Origin: Heterodontus francisci
Lineage: Eukaryota
DNA: 64,000 bases
Reading direction: 5' to 3'
NCBI RefSeq assembly: GCF_036365525.1
Contig: NC_090399.1
Location: forward strand, 60,110,430 to 60,174,429
Shown: positions 22,995-36,566 of the stretch, piece after piece
Layout of the letters: the number at the start of each line of letters is the position of its first letter
Position numbering within the stretch: the first letter of the stretch is position 1
The notes under the pieces: model-generated
Databases searched by the model: none
What the model saw: only the letters and a program-made list of their open reading frames with translations
Told to the model about the DNA's origin: nothing
Translations under genes and position numbers: made by a program

Positions 22995-23740
22995 TGAAAA
23001 AATAGAAAAGCAGATTATTTTTTAAAAGGTGTGAAACTTCCAAACATTGGTGTTCAGCAGTGCTTAGGTGTACTCATAGAAAGTTAACATGTAGGTACAG
23101 CAAGCAATTAGGAAGGCAAATGCAAGGGAATTGGAGTCCAGGAATAAGGAAATCTTGCCACAATTGTACAGGGCTTTGGTGAGACCACATCTGGAATGCT
23201 TTGTGCAATTCCAATCACTATACTGAAGGAAAGATCTATTTGCATTGGAGGCTGTACTTTAAAGGTTCACTAGATTGGTTCCTAGGATGAGAGAATTGTC
23301 CTATGATAAGAGGCTGAGTAAATTGGGTTCATGTTCTCTGGAGTTTAGAAGAATGAGAGGTGATCTCATTGAAACATACAGCATTCTGAAGATGCTGGAT
23401 AGGGTAGATACTGAGAGATTGTTTCCACTGATCAGGGAATCTAGAATCCGGGGGCACAGTGTCAGGATACAGGACCGATCATTTAGGAATGAGATGAGGA
23501 GAAATTACTTCACTCCAAGCGTTGTGAATCTTTGGAATTCTCCACCCCAGAGGGTTGTGGATGCTCCATCGTTGAATATATTTAAGGCTGAGAGAGACAG
23601 GTCACTCAGGGAATCAAGGGATATGGGGAATGGGATGGAAAGTGGAATTGAGGCAGAAGGTCAGCCATGATCAAATTGAAAAGTGGAGCAGGCTTGACGA
23701 ACCGTATGGTCTACTGCTGCTCCTATTTCTTATATTCTTT
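22995..23740 (+). mobile_element. CR1 LINE 3' fragment
   Basis: ORF 23275-23670 SLEFRRMRGDLIETY...VVNLWNS. Confidence 0.9.
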
Positions 23741-23954
23741 TAAATGTCACGTAATGTGGAAAAAGTTGTTATTCCTGATGTTGAATAAGATTATCATGGA
23801 TTAATTTATTCATATTTGTTTTACTGACTCATTTGCAGATATGTTGTAAAAATAGGATTCTAAGCACAGAAGAAATAGGAGGAGTCGATGATAAGGCCCA
23901 TTGAACCTTCCCCACCATTCACTATGATCATGGCTCATCTTCTGTCTCAACGGA

Positions 23955-24260
23955 TCAATAGTATAGTAGTAATGTTACAGGACAACTAATCCAGAAGCTC
24001 AGACTAATACTCCATAGGCATGAGTTCAAATCCCTCAATTAAAGCTGGTGCAGTTTAAATTCAATTATTTCATAAATAAAATAAAATAAAAAGTATGTCT
24101 CAGAAATTGGAATCATCAAGTTACCAGATTGTCATAAAAACCCATCTGGTTCACTGCTGTCCTTACCTGATCTGACCTACATGTGACTTCAGACTGACTG
24201 TAATTTGGTTGACTCTTAACTGCCCTCTGAAATGGCCTAGCAAGCCACTCAATTGTATCA
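23955..24260 (+). mobile_element. tRNA-derived SINE-like head and body (Deu-domain/SacSINE1-like by recall), contiguous with the LINE downstream
   Basis: Degenerate box A ~23960, box B gagttcaaatcc 24022-24033; body aaaacccatctggttcact...tccttacctg...cctacatgtgact...ttgactcttaactgccctctgaaatggcc. Confidence 0.65.
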
Positions 24261-27200
24261 AACCATGACAGAAAAGTCAAAGAATAAAAATAGACAGACC
24301 ACCCGGCATTGACCTAGACAGCGAAAAAAACAAAGGCTCCACCCTGCCCAGTCGACCCTGCAAAGCTCTCGTCGCTAACATCTGGGGACTTGTGCCGAAA
24401 TTGGGAGAGCTGTGCCACAGACCAGTCAAACAAGAGCCTGACATAGTCATACTCACAGAATCATACCTTACAGCCAATGTCCTAGACTCCTCCATCACCA
24501 TCCCTGGGTATGTCCTGTCCCACCGACAGGACAGAACCACCATTGGTGGCAGCACAGTGGTATACAGTTGGGAGGTAGTTGTCCTGGAAGTCCTCAACAT
24601 CGACTCCAGACCCCATGATGTCTTATGTCATCAGGTCAAAAATAAACAAGGAAACCTCCTGCTGAATACCACCTACAGCTCCCCCTCAGCTGTTGAATCA
24701 CTCATCCATGATAAACATCACTTGGAAGAAGCACTGAGGGCAGCAAGGGTACAGAATGTACTCTGGGTAGGGGACTTCAATGTCCATCACCAACAGCAGT
24801 TTGGCAGCACCATTACTGACCAAGCTGCCCAAGTCCTGAAGGGCATATCTGCCAGACTGGGCCTGCAGCAGGTGATGAGAGAACCAACAAGAGGGAAAAA
24901 CATACTTTACCTCACCAACTGCCCATGTCAGTCTTGGTAGGAGTGGCTACACATAGTTCTTGAGCAGATGAAGTCCCATCTTCACACTGAGGAGACCCTC
25001 CATCATGTTGCATGGCACTATCACCATGATAAATGGGATAGATTCAAAACAGGTGTGGCAGCTCAAAGCTGGGAATCCATGAGACACTGTGGGCCATCAG
25101 CAGCAGCAGAATTATATTCAACCACAATCTGTAACCTCATGGCCTTTCATATCCTCCACTCTACCATTAGCATCAAGCCAGAGGACCTATCCTGGTTCTA
25201 TGAGGAGTGCAGGAGAGCATGCCAGGAGCAGCACCAGGCATACCTAAAAATGAGGTGCCAACCTGGTGAAGCTACAACACAGGACTACATGTATGATAAG
25301 CAGAAGAAGCAGCATGGGATAGAGAGAGCTAATCGATCCCACAACCAACGAATCAGATCCAGGCTCTGCAGTCCTGTCACATCCAGTCAGGAATGGCGGA
25401 GAACAATTAAACAACTAACAGGAGGAGGAGGCTTCACAAACAACCCCATCCTCAATGATGGGGGAGCCCAGGATGTCAGTGCAAAAGACAAGTTTGAAAT
25501 ATTTTCAACCATCTCCAGCCATATGTGTGGAGTGCATGATCCATCTTGGCCTCCTACTGAGGACCCCAGCATCATAGATGCCAGTCTTCAGCCAGTTTCA
25601 CTCCACATGATATCAAGATAGGTAGATAAGGTGGCGAGGAAGGTATATGAGATACTTGCATTTATTAGCCAAGGCATAGAATATAAGAGCAGGGAGGTTA
25701 TGATGGAGCTGTATAAAATGCTAGTTAGGCCACAGCTGGAGTACTGTGTACAGTTCTGGTCGCCACATTATAGGAAGGATGTGATTGCACTGCAGAGGGT
25801 GCAGAGGAAATTGCCTGGGCTGGAGCATTTCAGCTATGAAGAGAGATTGGATAGGCTAGGATTGTTTTCCTTAGAGCAGAGAAGGCTGACGGGAGATCTG
25901 ATAGAGGAATACAAAATTATGAGGGGCATAGATTGGGTAGATAGGAAGAAACTTTTTCCCTTAGCAGAGGGGTCAATAACCAAGGGGCATAGATTTAAGG
26001 GGAGGAGGTTTAGAGGGGATTTGAGGAAAAGAAATTTCACCCAGCAGGTGGTTGGAATCTGGAACACACTGCCTGAAGGGGTGGTAGAGGCAGGAACCCT
26101 CACAACATTTAAGAAGTATTTAGATGTGCACTTGAAATGCCATAGCATACAAGGCTACGGGCCAAGTGCTGGAAAATGGGATTAGAATAGATAGGCTTGA
26201 TGGCCGGCGCAGACCACAGTGGGCCAAAGGGCCTGTTTCTGTGCTGTTTAACTCTATGACTCTGAGAAATAGCAGCGCACTGTGGATACAGCAAAGGCTA
26301 TGGGCCCTGAAAACATCCAAGTTGTAGTACTGAAAATTCGTGCTCCAGAACTAGCTGCACCCCTCGCCAAGCAGTTCCAGTACAGCTACAACACTGGCAT
26401 CTACTCGACAATGTGGAACATTGCCCAGGTGTGTCCTGTCCACATATAGCAGCCCAATTCAATCCAGACAATTACCACCCCATCAGTCTACTCTAATCAT
26501 CAGCAAAGTGAGAGAAGGTGTTGTCGACAGCGCTGTCAAGCGGCACTTACTCAGCAGCAACCTGCTAACCAATGCTCAGTTTGGGTTCCACCAGGGCACT
26601 CGGCTCCAGACCTCACTACAGCTTGGATCAAACTTGGACAAAAGAGATGAATTCAGGAAGTGAGGTGAGAGTGACTGCCCTTAACATCAAGGCAGCCTTT
26701 GACCGAGTATGACATCAAGGAGCACTCACAAAATTGGAAGTCAATGGGAATCGGGGGAAAACTCTCCACTGGTTGGAATCATACCCAGCACAAAGGGAAG
26801 ATGGTTGTGGTTAGGAGGCCAATCATCTCTCCCAAGGATATTGCATATTCACTGAGGATGGCACAGTGTTCAGTACCGTGTGCCACTCCTCAGATACTGA
26901 AGCAGTCCATGCCCACCTGTAGCAAGATCTGGACAACATTTAACCTTCAGGCTTATGCTGATAAGTGGTAAGTAATATTCATGCCACACAATGCCAGGCA
27001 ATGACCATCTCCAACAAGGGAGAATCTAACCATCTCCCTTTGACATTCAACAACATTACCGTCACTGAAATACCACGTTCAACATTTGGAGGAAGGCAGT
27101 GGGGTTTACCATTGACCAGAAAATTAGCTTAAGCAGCTATATACTGTACCTACAAGAGCAGGTCAGCATCTGGGAATTCTGATGTGAGTAATTCCCCAAA

Positions 27201-27728
27201 TTCTGCTCAATATTTGGAAAGCTTAAGTCAGGTGTGTGATGAAATACTCTCCACTTGCCTGGATGAGTGCAGCTCCAACAACATTCAAGAAGCTCGACAC
27301 CATCCAGGAAAAATCAACCTCTTGATCTGCACCCATCCACCACCAGTGCACAGTGTAGCAGTGTGTACCATCTACAAGATCCATTGCAACAACTTACCAA
27401 GTCTCCTTCAACAGCATTCTCCAAATCCTCAACCTTTACCACCTACAAGGACAAGGACAGCAGACATATGGGAACACCATCACCTGTAAATTCCCCTCCA
27501 AGTCACACATCATGCGACTTGAAAGTATATCACTGTTCTTTCACTGTCGCTGGGACAAAATCCTGGTTTCCCTCCCTAACAGCACTGTGGGTGTACCTAC
27601 ACCACACGGACAGCAGCGGTTCAAGAAGGCAGCTCATTACTACCTTCTCATGGGCAATAAGGGATGGGAAATAAATGCTGTGGCCTTGCCAGTGACTGTC
27701 ACACCTCATGAATGAATTTTAAAAAAAA
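24260..27728 (+). mobile_element. CR1/L2-group LINE with (TGAA)n tail, near full length, decayed (EN and RT)
   Basis: EN motifs PDIVILTESYL, GDFNVHH; RT motifs AQFGFHQG, YADKW; 3' end catgaatgaattttaaaaaaa. Confidence 0.88.
25620..26263 (+). mobile_element. CR1 3' fragment nested in the (TGAA)-tail LINE
   Basis: ORF 25631-26185 LVRPQLEYCVQFWSPHYRKD; tail actctatgactct; host LINE resumes afterwards. Confidence 0.92.
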
Positions 27729-27806
27729 CAGATCATTCAATGGCCTTCAACTGGAACTTTATAACTGGTGCTTACTGTACAATCTTAATGCAGTGTCTGT
27801 CTCTCT

Positions 27807-28010
27807 TGTTCTATTGCAGAAAACCAACTGATGAAGGATGATATGGGACCCAAACTTTACTCAGTCTTTACAGTGTGAAACATTACAAGCATATACCTCC
27901 TAACTCGACCACACAGTTTCAGTAAGTGTCACTTTATATGTGCTAAAATAAAACTCCAATTAATGCCCTTCACCTGCATATAAATAAACACAATTGATAT
28001 ACAATTAACA
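27807..28010 (-). repeat. 3' LTR of the Copia-like element
   Basis: tgtt...aaca termini; aligns with 37524-37734 (cagtttcagtaagtgtc, taatgccct.cacctgcatataa.taaacacaatt); preceded on the minus strand by purine tract aaaaagaaagaaggg. Confidence 0.88.
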
Positions 28011-28857
28011 GATTCCCTTCTTTCTTTTTAAATAAATCTTAAGAGTTAATATGCACAAATAACATTTCAAAAGAAAATCAGAAACAATTTCCATATTCAG
28101 TACAGAGCGTTATATTGCCAGATGCTCCTCCTCGAGGACATGGAGAGTCAAAGAGAGAGAGAGAGAGATACAGCACCGAAACAGGCCCTTCGGCCCAAAG
28201 ACCCCTAACAAGTTCTTTGTACAAGCATTTCTTTTTGTAAAACAATTCAGATTGTTGGTGACTTGCAGCTACCCATTTAATTTTAGAGATTTCATTTCTC
28301 TCCAACATTTGTTTTAAGCCAGTAAAGTCAATCCATATCCTTTTCTCACTCACATGTTTCATAGAGTGTACATTATCCCAAAAGGAACGATTATCTACAT
28401 GGCATTCAATGGGTAGACTATCTCCCAGTATGTCCATTGTATAGAATCCTACTTAAAATGTTTGTCAAATAGAATCCCACTGCCTCACAAAAGCCAGTGT
28501 TTCTGCACTAAAGTACTTTTAATAGGCCTGCTTTATTTTCTTAACCTTCCTAACTAAAGGACAACATTTCCCATTTTCACCCATTAGAAATAACATGAAA
28601 CCAGCTGCACTCTAATACCAATCAGGAAGATTAGCAGGTGAAGCCTCACTAAAAATAACTATTGTATGTTCTTTGGGTCACCTAAGTTGGGAACTTAAGT
28701 ACACATTTCTCCAGATTTATTTTTTCAACATTTTATTTGCCCTTCAAACCTTTTTGACTTTATGGTGTTTCATCATAGAACTTAACACCAACATATCAAA
28801 ACTAGAATCTGGTCTAGTCTGAGTGCACAACCAGTTCAAGTGACCGATCAAGCTTTG

Positions 28858-30353
28858 CATGGATGATGTTGCCGTCTTCTGCTCAGATCCGCTGTCAGTT
28901 CGCACACTGATGAGCATCTGTGACCACTTTGAACTGGCCTCTAGAGCCAAAGTAAATTGTGGCAAGAAAGAGGCCAAGTTCTTTGGGAATTGTGCCAATC
29001 GATCCTTTGTCTCCTTCACTGTCAGGTCAGACTGTCTGAAGGTGCTGGGGATATGGCTCGGAGGGACTGGGGCTGGGGACAAAAACCGGAAGGAGTGAGT
29101 AGCCATGGGGAAACAGAAACTGGTCATGTGGGAGTGGCACTCCCTCTATATTGTGGCTAAGAACCTGGTCATCAGGTGTGAGGCGCTCTCAGTGTTGCTG
29201 TACATGGCACAGGACGGCCCATATCCACTTCTGCGTCATGGCGGTCACCAGAGCTTTCTTCTACTTTACCTGGAGATTGAAAATGGACCACGTCCGCAGG
29301 GACATGATGTTCAAACCTCTAGATAAAGGGGGGGAGGGGAAACGTACCCAACATCACCCTATCACCCTCATCCTGATGGCCACCTTTGTCTGTGGCTGCA
29401 TCAAGCTGTGCGTAGACCTCGGGTATGCAGACACAAGCTGTCACTATGTGCTGTTGATCTGTCTGTCCTCAGTATTGTGAAGGATGGGTCTGGCTACGTT
29501 ACCGTGGAACGCTCCATTCAGTTGGACTGTCCAGTACCACCTCTCCCTTGTGGAAATGTTTGTACTGAAAAACATCTTTGACCAGAAGTCCATCAGGCAT
29601 TGGTCCGCACAGAACGTCCTCAAGGCCCTGCGGGAAAAGGAGATGGTGGATCCTGTCGGATGGTTCCCCGAGCAGACTGTCAGAGTCATTTGGCAGAATG
29701 CCTCATTGCCAGAACATTCAAACAAGCACCAAGACATAGCTTGGCTGGCGGTGACAAGGGCCCTCCCCATCAGATCCTTCCTGCATAGCCAGAGTCTCAC
29801 CGCCTCTGCACACTGCCCTCGAGGTGGCTGTGGTGGGGGAGAGACTGTCACCCACCTCCTTCTGGAATGTGCATTTGCAAGGCAGGTCTGCAAAGAGATG
29901 CAGTGGATTTTGTCGAGGTTCATCCCGAGCAGCTCCATAATGCAGGACTCTGTGCTCTACAGGCTGTTACCAGGGACGCACACTGAGATAATCATCAACC
30001 AGATGAAAGACTCACTTTAATCTGCCCAAAACATGCTGGTCTTCCAGTGCAAAGAGTTGTCCACAACCAAGTGTTGCAGACTGGCACATTCCAAGGTATA
30101 GAACTACATGTTGAGGGATGCATTAAAGCTTGGGGCAGCAAAGGCTCAATGGGGAAAGACCACTATGTAAGGTCCTACTGTCAAAGTGTAACAAGGGTGG
30201 AACCCATGTAAAACCCCTCGGGCTGTATGGCAAGAGTTGTGAGGCACCTCCTGGACCGCATTGAAAGAAACTGAACTTGATGAAATATACAATTTGAATT
30301 TTGCAGTATACTTTTAAAAATTTTATAAATAAAGCATATCTTTGGGAAAAAAA
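28858..30353 (+). mobile_element. Tx1/L1-clade LINE, 5'-truncated, inserted into the Copia RT
   Basis: MDDVAVF RT core, KVLGIW, zinc finger CPRGGCGGGETVTHLLLEC; AATAAA plus A tail; flanking duplication agctttg. Confidence 0.88.
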
Positions 30354-31197
30354 TCAGCTTTGAAATTGTTCTGTCTCTTCTTCAGATATAACATCATCTT
30401 TCTCTGATGACCAATTAACCAGGATGGGAGTAACACCTCTCTATTAGGATTGTGATTAAAGTTACTTCAGATCTACTTTGCTTCATATCTAAACCAATAT
30501 ATTTAAAAGTCCCACTGGTCTGACTCCCAATTTTAAATTCTAATCTAATCTGAGAAAGAACACATTTCTCAAATTCTCCAATACCACCCCATAAGAAATC
30601 ATTAACACGTATCATGAAGATTCCTGAAAGTGTTCCTTTAGGATACAAATAAAACATTGCGGATCTACTTTTAGTTGAACAGAAGCTATTTTCAGCAAAA
30701 CAGATCTCACTGAAAGATACCACACCCTGGAAGCATCATTCAGGCCATTGATGCATTTGTTTAGTTTCCATAGTTTTCCTTCTGTATCTGCTGCCTCTAG
30801 TCAGTTTCAGAAACATTTCATGCTGAAAAGTGATACCCAGCAGAAATACAGCTTTTATGTCAATTGACCGACCCTCCAATGACTATGTGGCCAAAAGAGC
30901 TCGAAACAGATGTTTAAGATTACTTTTCCAGCTGTGGCAGAGTCCACTCCATCATCTGTATTGCCCAGTCCCTCTTAAAGAAACCCAGCAACAAGCCTCA
31001 CTTTAGCCTTATAAGTCACATCCGCAACACTTTTTCAGCACAAATCCATTTATGTCACAAGGCTGGCTGTCCCCTATCTGATAGCTCAGAATAACCACCA
31101 AACTCTCTCCAACTCTCGAACTCCTTTTGTTTTGCCTCTCATTAGTTTATCCTAAAGTTTATTGGCAGCCACTAACACTTGATGGTCATGAGGGTTT

Positions 31198-33945
31198 CTT
31201 TTTTTTTATTCATTCATGGGATGTGGGCGACGCTGGCCAGGCCAGCATTTATTGCCCATCCCTAATTGCCCTTGAGAAGGTGGTGATGAGCTGCCTTCTT
31301 CAACCGCTGCAGTCCATGTGGGGTAGGTACACCCACTGAAAGGAAGCGAGTTCCAGGATTTTGGCCCAGCGATAGTGAAGGAACGGCGATATAGTTCCAA
31401 GTCAGGATGGTGTGTGACTTGGACGCGAACTTGCAGGTGGTGATGTTCCTATGTATTTGCTGCCCTTGTCCTTCTAGGTGGTAGAGGTCGCGGGTTTGGA
31501 AGGTGCTGTCTAAGGAGCCTTGGTGCATTGCTGCAGTGCATCTTCTAGAATGTACACACTGCTGCCACTGTGCGTCTGTGGTGGAGGGAGTGAATGTTTG
31601 TAGATGGGGTGCCAATCAAGCGGGCTGCTTTGTCCTGGATGGTGTCGAGCTTCTTCAGTGTTGTTGGAGCTGCACCCATCCAGACAAGTGGAGAGTATTC
31701 CATCATACTCCTGACTTGTGCCTTGTAGATGGTGGACAGGCTTTGGGGAGTCAGGAGGAGAGTTACTCGCGAATGTTACTTGCCACTTATCAGCCCAAGC
31801 CTGGATATTGTCCAGGTCTTGCTGCATTTCTACACGGACTGCTTCAGTATCTGAGGAGTCACAAATGGTGCTGAACATTGTGTAATCATCAGCGAACATC
31901 CCCACTTCTGACCTTATGATTGAAGGAAGATCATTGATGAAGCAGCTAAAGATGGTTGGGCCTAGGACACTACCCTGAGGAACTCCAGCAGTGATGTCCT
32001 GGAGCTCAGATGATTGACCTCCAACAACCACAACCATCTTCCTTTGCGCTAGGTATTACTCCAGCCAGCGGAGAGTTTTCCCCCTGATTCCCATTGACGT
32101 CAGTTTTGCTAGGGCTCCTTGATGCCATACTCGGTCAAATGCTGCCTTGATGTCAAGTGCAGTCACTCTCACCTCACCTTTTGAGTTCAGCTCTTTTGTC
32201 CATGTTTGAACCAAGGCTCTAATGAGGTCAGGAGCTGAGTGGCCCTGGCGCAACCCAAATTGAGCGTCACTGGGCAGGTTATTGCTTAGCAAGTGCCGCT
32301 TGATGGCACTGTTGATGACCCCTTCCATCACATTACTGATGATAGAGAGTAGGCTGATGGGGCAGTAATTGGCCGGGTTGGATTTGTCCTGCTTTTTGCG
32401 TACAGGACATACCTGGGCAATTTTCCACATTGCAGGGTAGATGCCAGTGTTGTAGCTGTACTGGAACAGCTTGGCTAGGGCGCGCGGCAAGTTCTGGAGC
32501 ACAGATCTTCAGTACTATTGCCGGAATTTTATCAGGGCCCATAGCCTTTGCAGTATCCAGTGTCTTCAGTCGTTTCTTGATATCACGCGGAGTGAATCGA
32601 ATTGGCTGAAATCAGGCATCTGTGATGCTGGGGACTTCAGGAGGAGGCCGAGATGGATCATCGGCACTTCTGGCTGAAGATTGTTGCAAATGCTTCAGCC
32701 TTATCTTTCGCACTGATGTGCTGGGCTCCCCCAACATTGAGGATGGGGATATTTAAGAGCCACCTCCTCCAGTTAGTTGTTTAATTGTCCACCACCATTC
32801 ACAGCTGGATGTAGCAGGACTGCAGAGCTTAGATCTGATCCGTTGGTTATGGGATCACTTAGCTCTGTCTATCGCATGCTGCTTACACAGTTTGGCACGC
32901 AGATAGTCCTGTGTTGTAGCTTCACCAGGTTGACACCTCATTTTGAGGTATGCCTGGTGCTGCTCCTGGCATGCCCTCCTGCACTCTTCATTGAACCAGG
33001 GTTGGTCTTCTGGCTTGATGGTCATGGTAGAGTGGGGGATATGCCGGGCCATGAAGTTACAGATTGTGGTTGATCACAATTCTGCTGCTGATGATGACCC
33101 ACTGCGCCTCATGGATGCCCAGTTTTGCATTGCTAGATCTGTTCAAAATCTATCCCATTTAGCACGGTGATCGTGCCACACAACACGATGGACAGTATCC
33201 TCAATGTGAAGGCGGGACCTCATCTCCACAAGGACTGTGTGGTGGTCACTCCTACCAATACAGTCATGGACAGAAGCATTTGCAGCAGGCAGATTGGTGA
33301 GGACGAGGTCAAGTAGGTTTTTCCCTTGTGTTGGTTCCCCCACCACCTGCCACAGACCCAGTCTAGCAGCTATGTCCTTTAGGACTCGGCCAGCTCGGTC
33401 AGTAGTGGGGCTACCGAGCCACGCTTGGTGATGGACATTGAAGTCCCCCACCCAGAGTACATTCTGTGCCCTTGCCACCCTCAGTGATTCCTCCAAGTGG
33501 TGTTCAACATGGTGTAGTACTGAGTCATCAGCTGAGGGAGGGCGGTAGGTGGTAATCAGTAGGAGGTTACCTTGCCCATGTTTGACCTGATGCCATGAGA
33601 CTTCATGGGGTCCGGATTCAATGTTGAGGACTCCCAGGGCAACTCCCTCCCAACTGTATACCACTGTGCCACCACCTCTGATGGGTCTGTCCTGAAGTGG
33701 GACAGGACATACCCAGGGATAGTGATTGCAGTGTCTGGGACATTGTCTGTAAGGTATGATTCCGTGAGTATGACTATGCCAGGCAGTTGCTTGACTAGTT
33801 TGTGTGACAGCTCTCCCAACTTTGGCACATGCCCCCAGATGTTAGTAAGGAGGACTTTGCAGGGTCGACAGGGTTGGGTTTGCCGTTGTCGTTTCTGGTG
33901 CCTAGGTCGATGCCGGGTGGTCCGTCTGGTTTCATTCCTTTTTCT
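31198..33945 (-). mobile_element. Second, less decayed copy of the (TGAA)-tail CR1/L2-group LINE, nested in the Copia element
   Basis: TTYRPPS, GDFNVHH, GRSDHHTV, NYCPISLLSII, LDIKAAFDRVWH, GVPQGSVLGP, FADD; tail ttttattcattcatggg. Confidence 0.92.
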
Positions 33946-34309
33946 GCTTCTGGTTCTGCTCAAGACTGTTCTATAGCCCTCATTTCATTGTGTAATCTAT
34001 TCAAGATATAGCTTGTACTTGCACGTTGATGTTTTTTGGGACTATTGCTGTGAGATCTCTATCTCACACTATTGCATGCTCCTTCTCTGGTATATGACTG
34101 TTTTCTGACTAGAGTCACCTTTGAACCCATTTAGAACTTGCACTGCGCTTTCTTACTCTCCATTCATTCACCCAATTCTGCCAGTCCATGGACCTCACTT
34201 CTTGACCACCATCCTGAACATTCAACCAATATTTAAACTTGGCCGTAGCTTTTCCTGCATGCCCCCCAATTGTCACATCCCTTCATTTTCCAGACTCCTC
34301 TGGAATATA

Positions 34310-34404
34310 AACACGAGAAACACTGGAAATACTCAGCAGGTCTGGCAGCATCTGTGGAGAGAGAAGTAGAGTTAACGTTTCAGGTCAGTGACCTTTCTTC
34401 AGAA
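34310..34404 (-). mobile_element. Short hammerhead-like/Penelope-type retroposed unit with 13-bp TSD
   Basis: cctctggaatata at 34297-34309 and 34405-34417. Confidence 0.8.
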
Positions 34405-34405
34405 C
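34368..34405 (-). ncRNA. Minimal type I hammerhead ribozyme-like motif
   Basis: Minus strand GTT-CTGAAGA-A-AGGTCA-C-TGACCT-GAAAC-GTT-AAC: conserved core, stem II, palindromic stem III, short stem I. Confidence 0.55.
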
Positions 34406-35136
34406 CTCTGGAATATACATCACTCATGGACCCACTGTGGACAATTGGTCTTTGGATGTAATAGCTCTGTCCTGTGTTTCATGATCACTCATGTTACCAG
34501 TATCCGCCCTTGATCACTGTATTTTGTTCCTCAGGACCTTCTCACAAAACACATGAGCATTTGAGGTACAAGGTGCCTTGTTTCCTTCTATCAGCTGCTC
34601 AGATTCTGAGATTTTGTAATCAACTCTGACTAATCATGAAGAATGAAGCTTAACAGTTTGATTGAAATGTTTGATAAGTAGTGTCTTCCCATCACGATCT
34701 ATTACATTACCAGGGCATTTCCATTTCCTATGACCCTCTCTTTTATAATACACCAAACCTCCTGAATTAAATTCTGTTTAAAATGGCCTTATTTGATGCC
34801 TCACAGCTCTTCAAATTTTCTCAGAGAACTCAGTCTTGATGAAAGCCCGTCTCCCTGCATGTAAAGAAGTCAAGTGTGCAGCAAAAATGGAACTAACTGT
34901 CGTACCTTCTCGTGTAGGAGGACTATCACACAGCACAGAAAGCAATTTTAGATTTCGCCCATAGACCAATTGAGAGGGACTATATCCCCCAACCATCTGA
35001 CACGGATTCTTTGCATGAACTGCCCATGCCAGAGCAGTTGCCAACTTGCAGTTTGCTTGATCATCTGGATTTTAAGCAGCATTTCATTGATTGCCGTGTG
35101 ATTCCTTTCACAGAGTCCATTGCTGAAAGGATATAC

Positions 35137-35445
35137 GAACATACAAATTAGGAGCAGGAGTAGGCCACCTGGCTCCTTGAGCCTACTCCGCCATTCAATA
35201 AGATCATGGCTGATCTGATTGTAAGCTCAACTCCACATTCCCACCTTCCCCCAATAACCTTTCACCCCTTGCTTATCAAGAATCAATCTACCTCTGCCTT
35301 AAAAATATTAAAAGACTCTGCTTCCATCGCTTTTTGAGGAGGAGAATTCCAAAGACTCACAACCCTCTGAGAGAAAAAAAAATTCTCATCTTTGTCTTAA
35401 ATGGGTGACCCCTTATTTTAAAACAGTGACCCCTAGTTCTAGACT
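35137..35445 (-). mobile_element. CR1 3' end inserted in the Copia integrase
   Basis: gaacatac..ttaggagcaggagtaggcca tail; splits the TAESP|FSNG integrase motif. Confidence 0.85.
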
Positions 35446-36271
35446 AGGACTTTCGGCAGTCGAATTCATGACCATAATGTTTATCTTTTCACATATGTGT
35501 CTGAACTCATCATTGGCAAATTCCCCTCCATTATCAGTCAGTGCCCCAAGTCCAGTCCCTATCCATTTCTCCATGATTGTATCTATAATCACCCTTTTGT
35601 CCTTGCTATGAATTATTATTAAAAGACGGAATCAAATTGTCTGGTCAATAAAATGTAGAATAAAAATATTTCTGTCTTTGTCCCACACCTTTAGATCCAG
35701 GACAACTCCCTTGTTAAAGTCACTTGTCAATGGAAGGCTGGCAATAGGCCGCGGCAGTGTCCTTCGATACTTTTTACAGATTTCACAATTCTCACTAATC
35801 TCTTCTATTAACCTCATAGAACCTTCATCAACCACACCAGCATCTTTTAACAGGATTTTTAACCATTGACAAGTAGAGTGTGTAAATTGTCTATGCAACT
35901 TTAAGACAATTTGTTTGTTTTCCTCTCTGATTCTTATCACCTGATGCCATTAATTCTTGTCTTATACTCTGATGTGAAACATTAGGTTGTGTTAGGGGGA
36001 TACAATAATGTCCTGATTGGGTAAACTCCAGATCCACTGCCTTGTTATGTTCCATGTCAAGTTTCATTTGTGCTTTATTCAGCAGCAGAGGTATGTCACT
36101 GGAGATTGTATCAGGACTGATAAAGTGGCTTACTCCAGCCGGAAACTCCATCGATCAAACATGATGGACACGGAGCAAACAATCTATTTAGGTGGAGTGT
36201 CTTCTTTTGGTGCACCTTTGCTGATGGCTGTGAAGGCCAATCCTTGAGAGGCAGAGCCTACATGTGCCGCA

Positions 36272-36408
36272 CAGGAATGTGATTGACTCTTAAAATGCCC
36301 TCTGAAATGGCCTCGAAAGCCATTCAGTTCAAGGGCAATTAGGGACTGGCAACAAATGCTGGCCTTGCCAGTGATGCCCACATCCCATGAATGAATTAAA
36401 AAAAAAAA
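36272..36408 (+). mobile_element. SINE 3' half (body joined directly to the LINE (TGAA) tail)
   Basis: ttgactctta..tgccctctgaaatggcc...cagtt|caagggcaattaggga...catgaatgaattaaaa. Confidence 0.75.
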
Positions 36409-36566
36409 TGCCTTTTCGAGGACCCTGCCTCTTTGCTGTGGGCAGTTCATCACATAACAACACTTTGAGTCACACCTGAAACACTTATTAACTGTTCCTT
36501 GGCATTCCTGGGATTCACCTATTATTGCTATTCCAATTCTGTCTTCTGCTGTAGTAGCCAAATCTC

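Noticed and set aside
36108-36150. Second hammerhead-like string ggactgataaagtggcttactccagccggaaactcc
   Set aside because: Core is CTGATAA rather than CTGANGA, no NUH triplet with stem III is evident, and it is single-copy here
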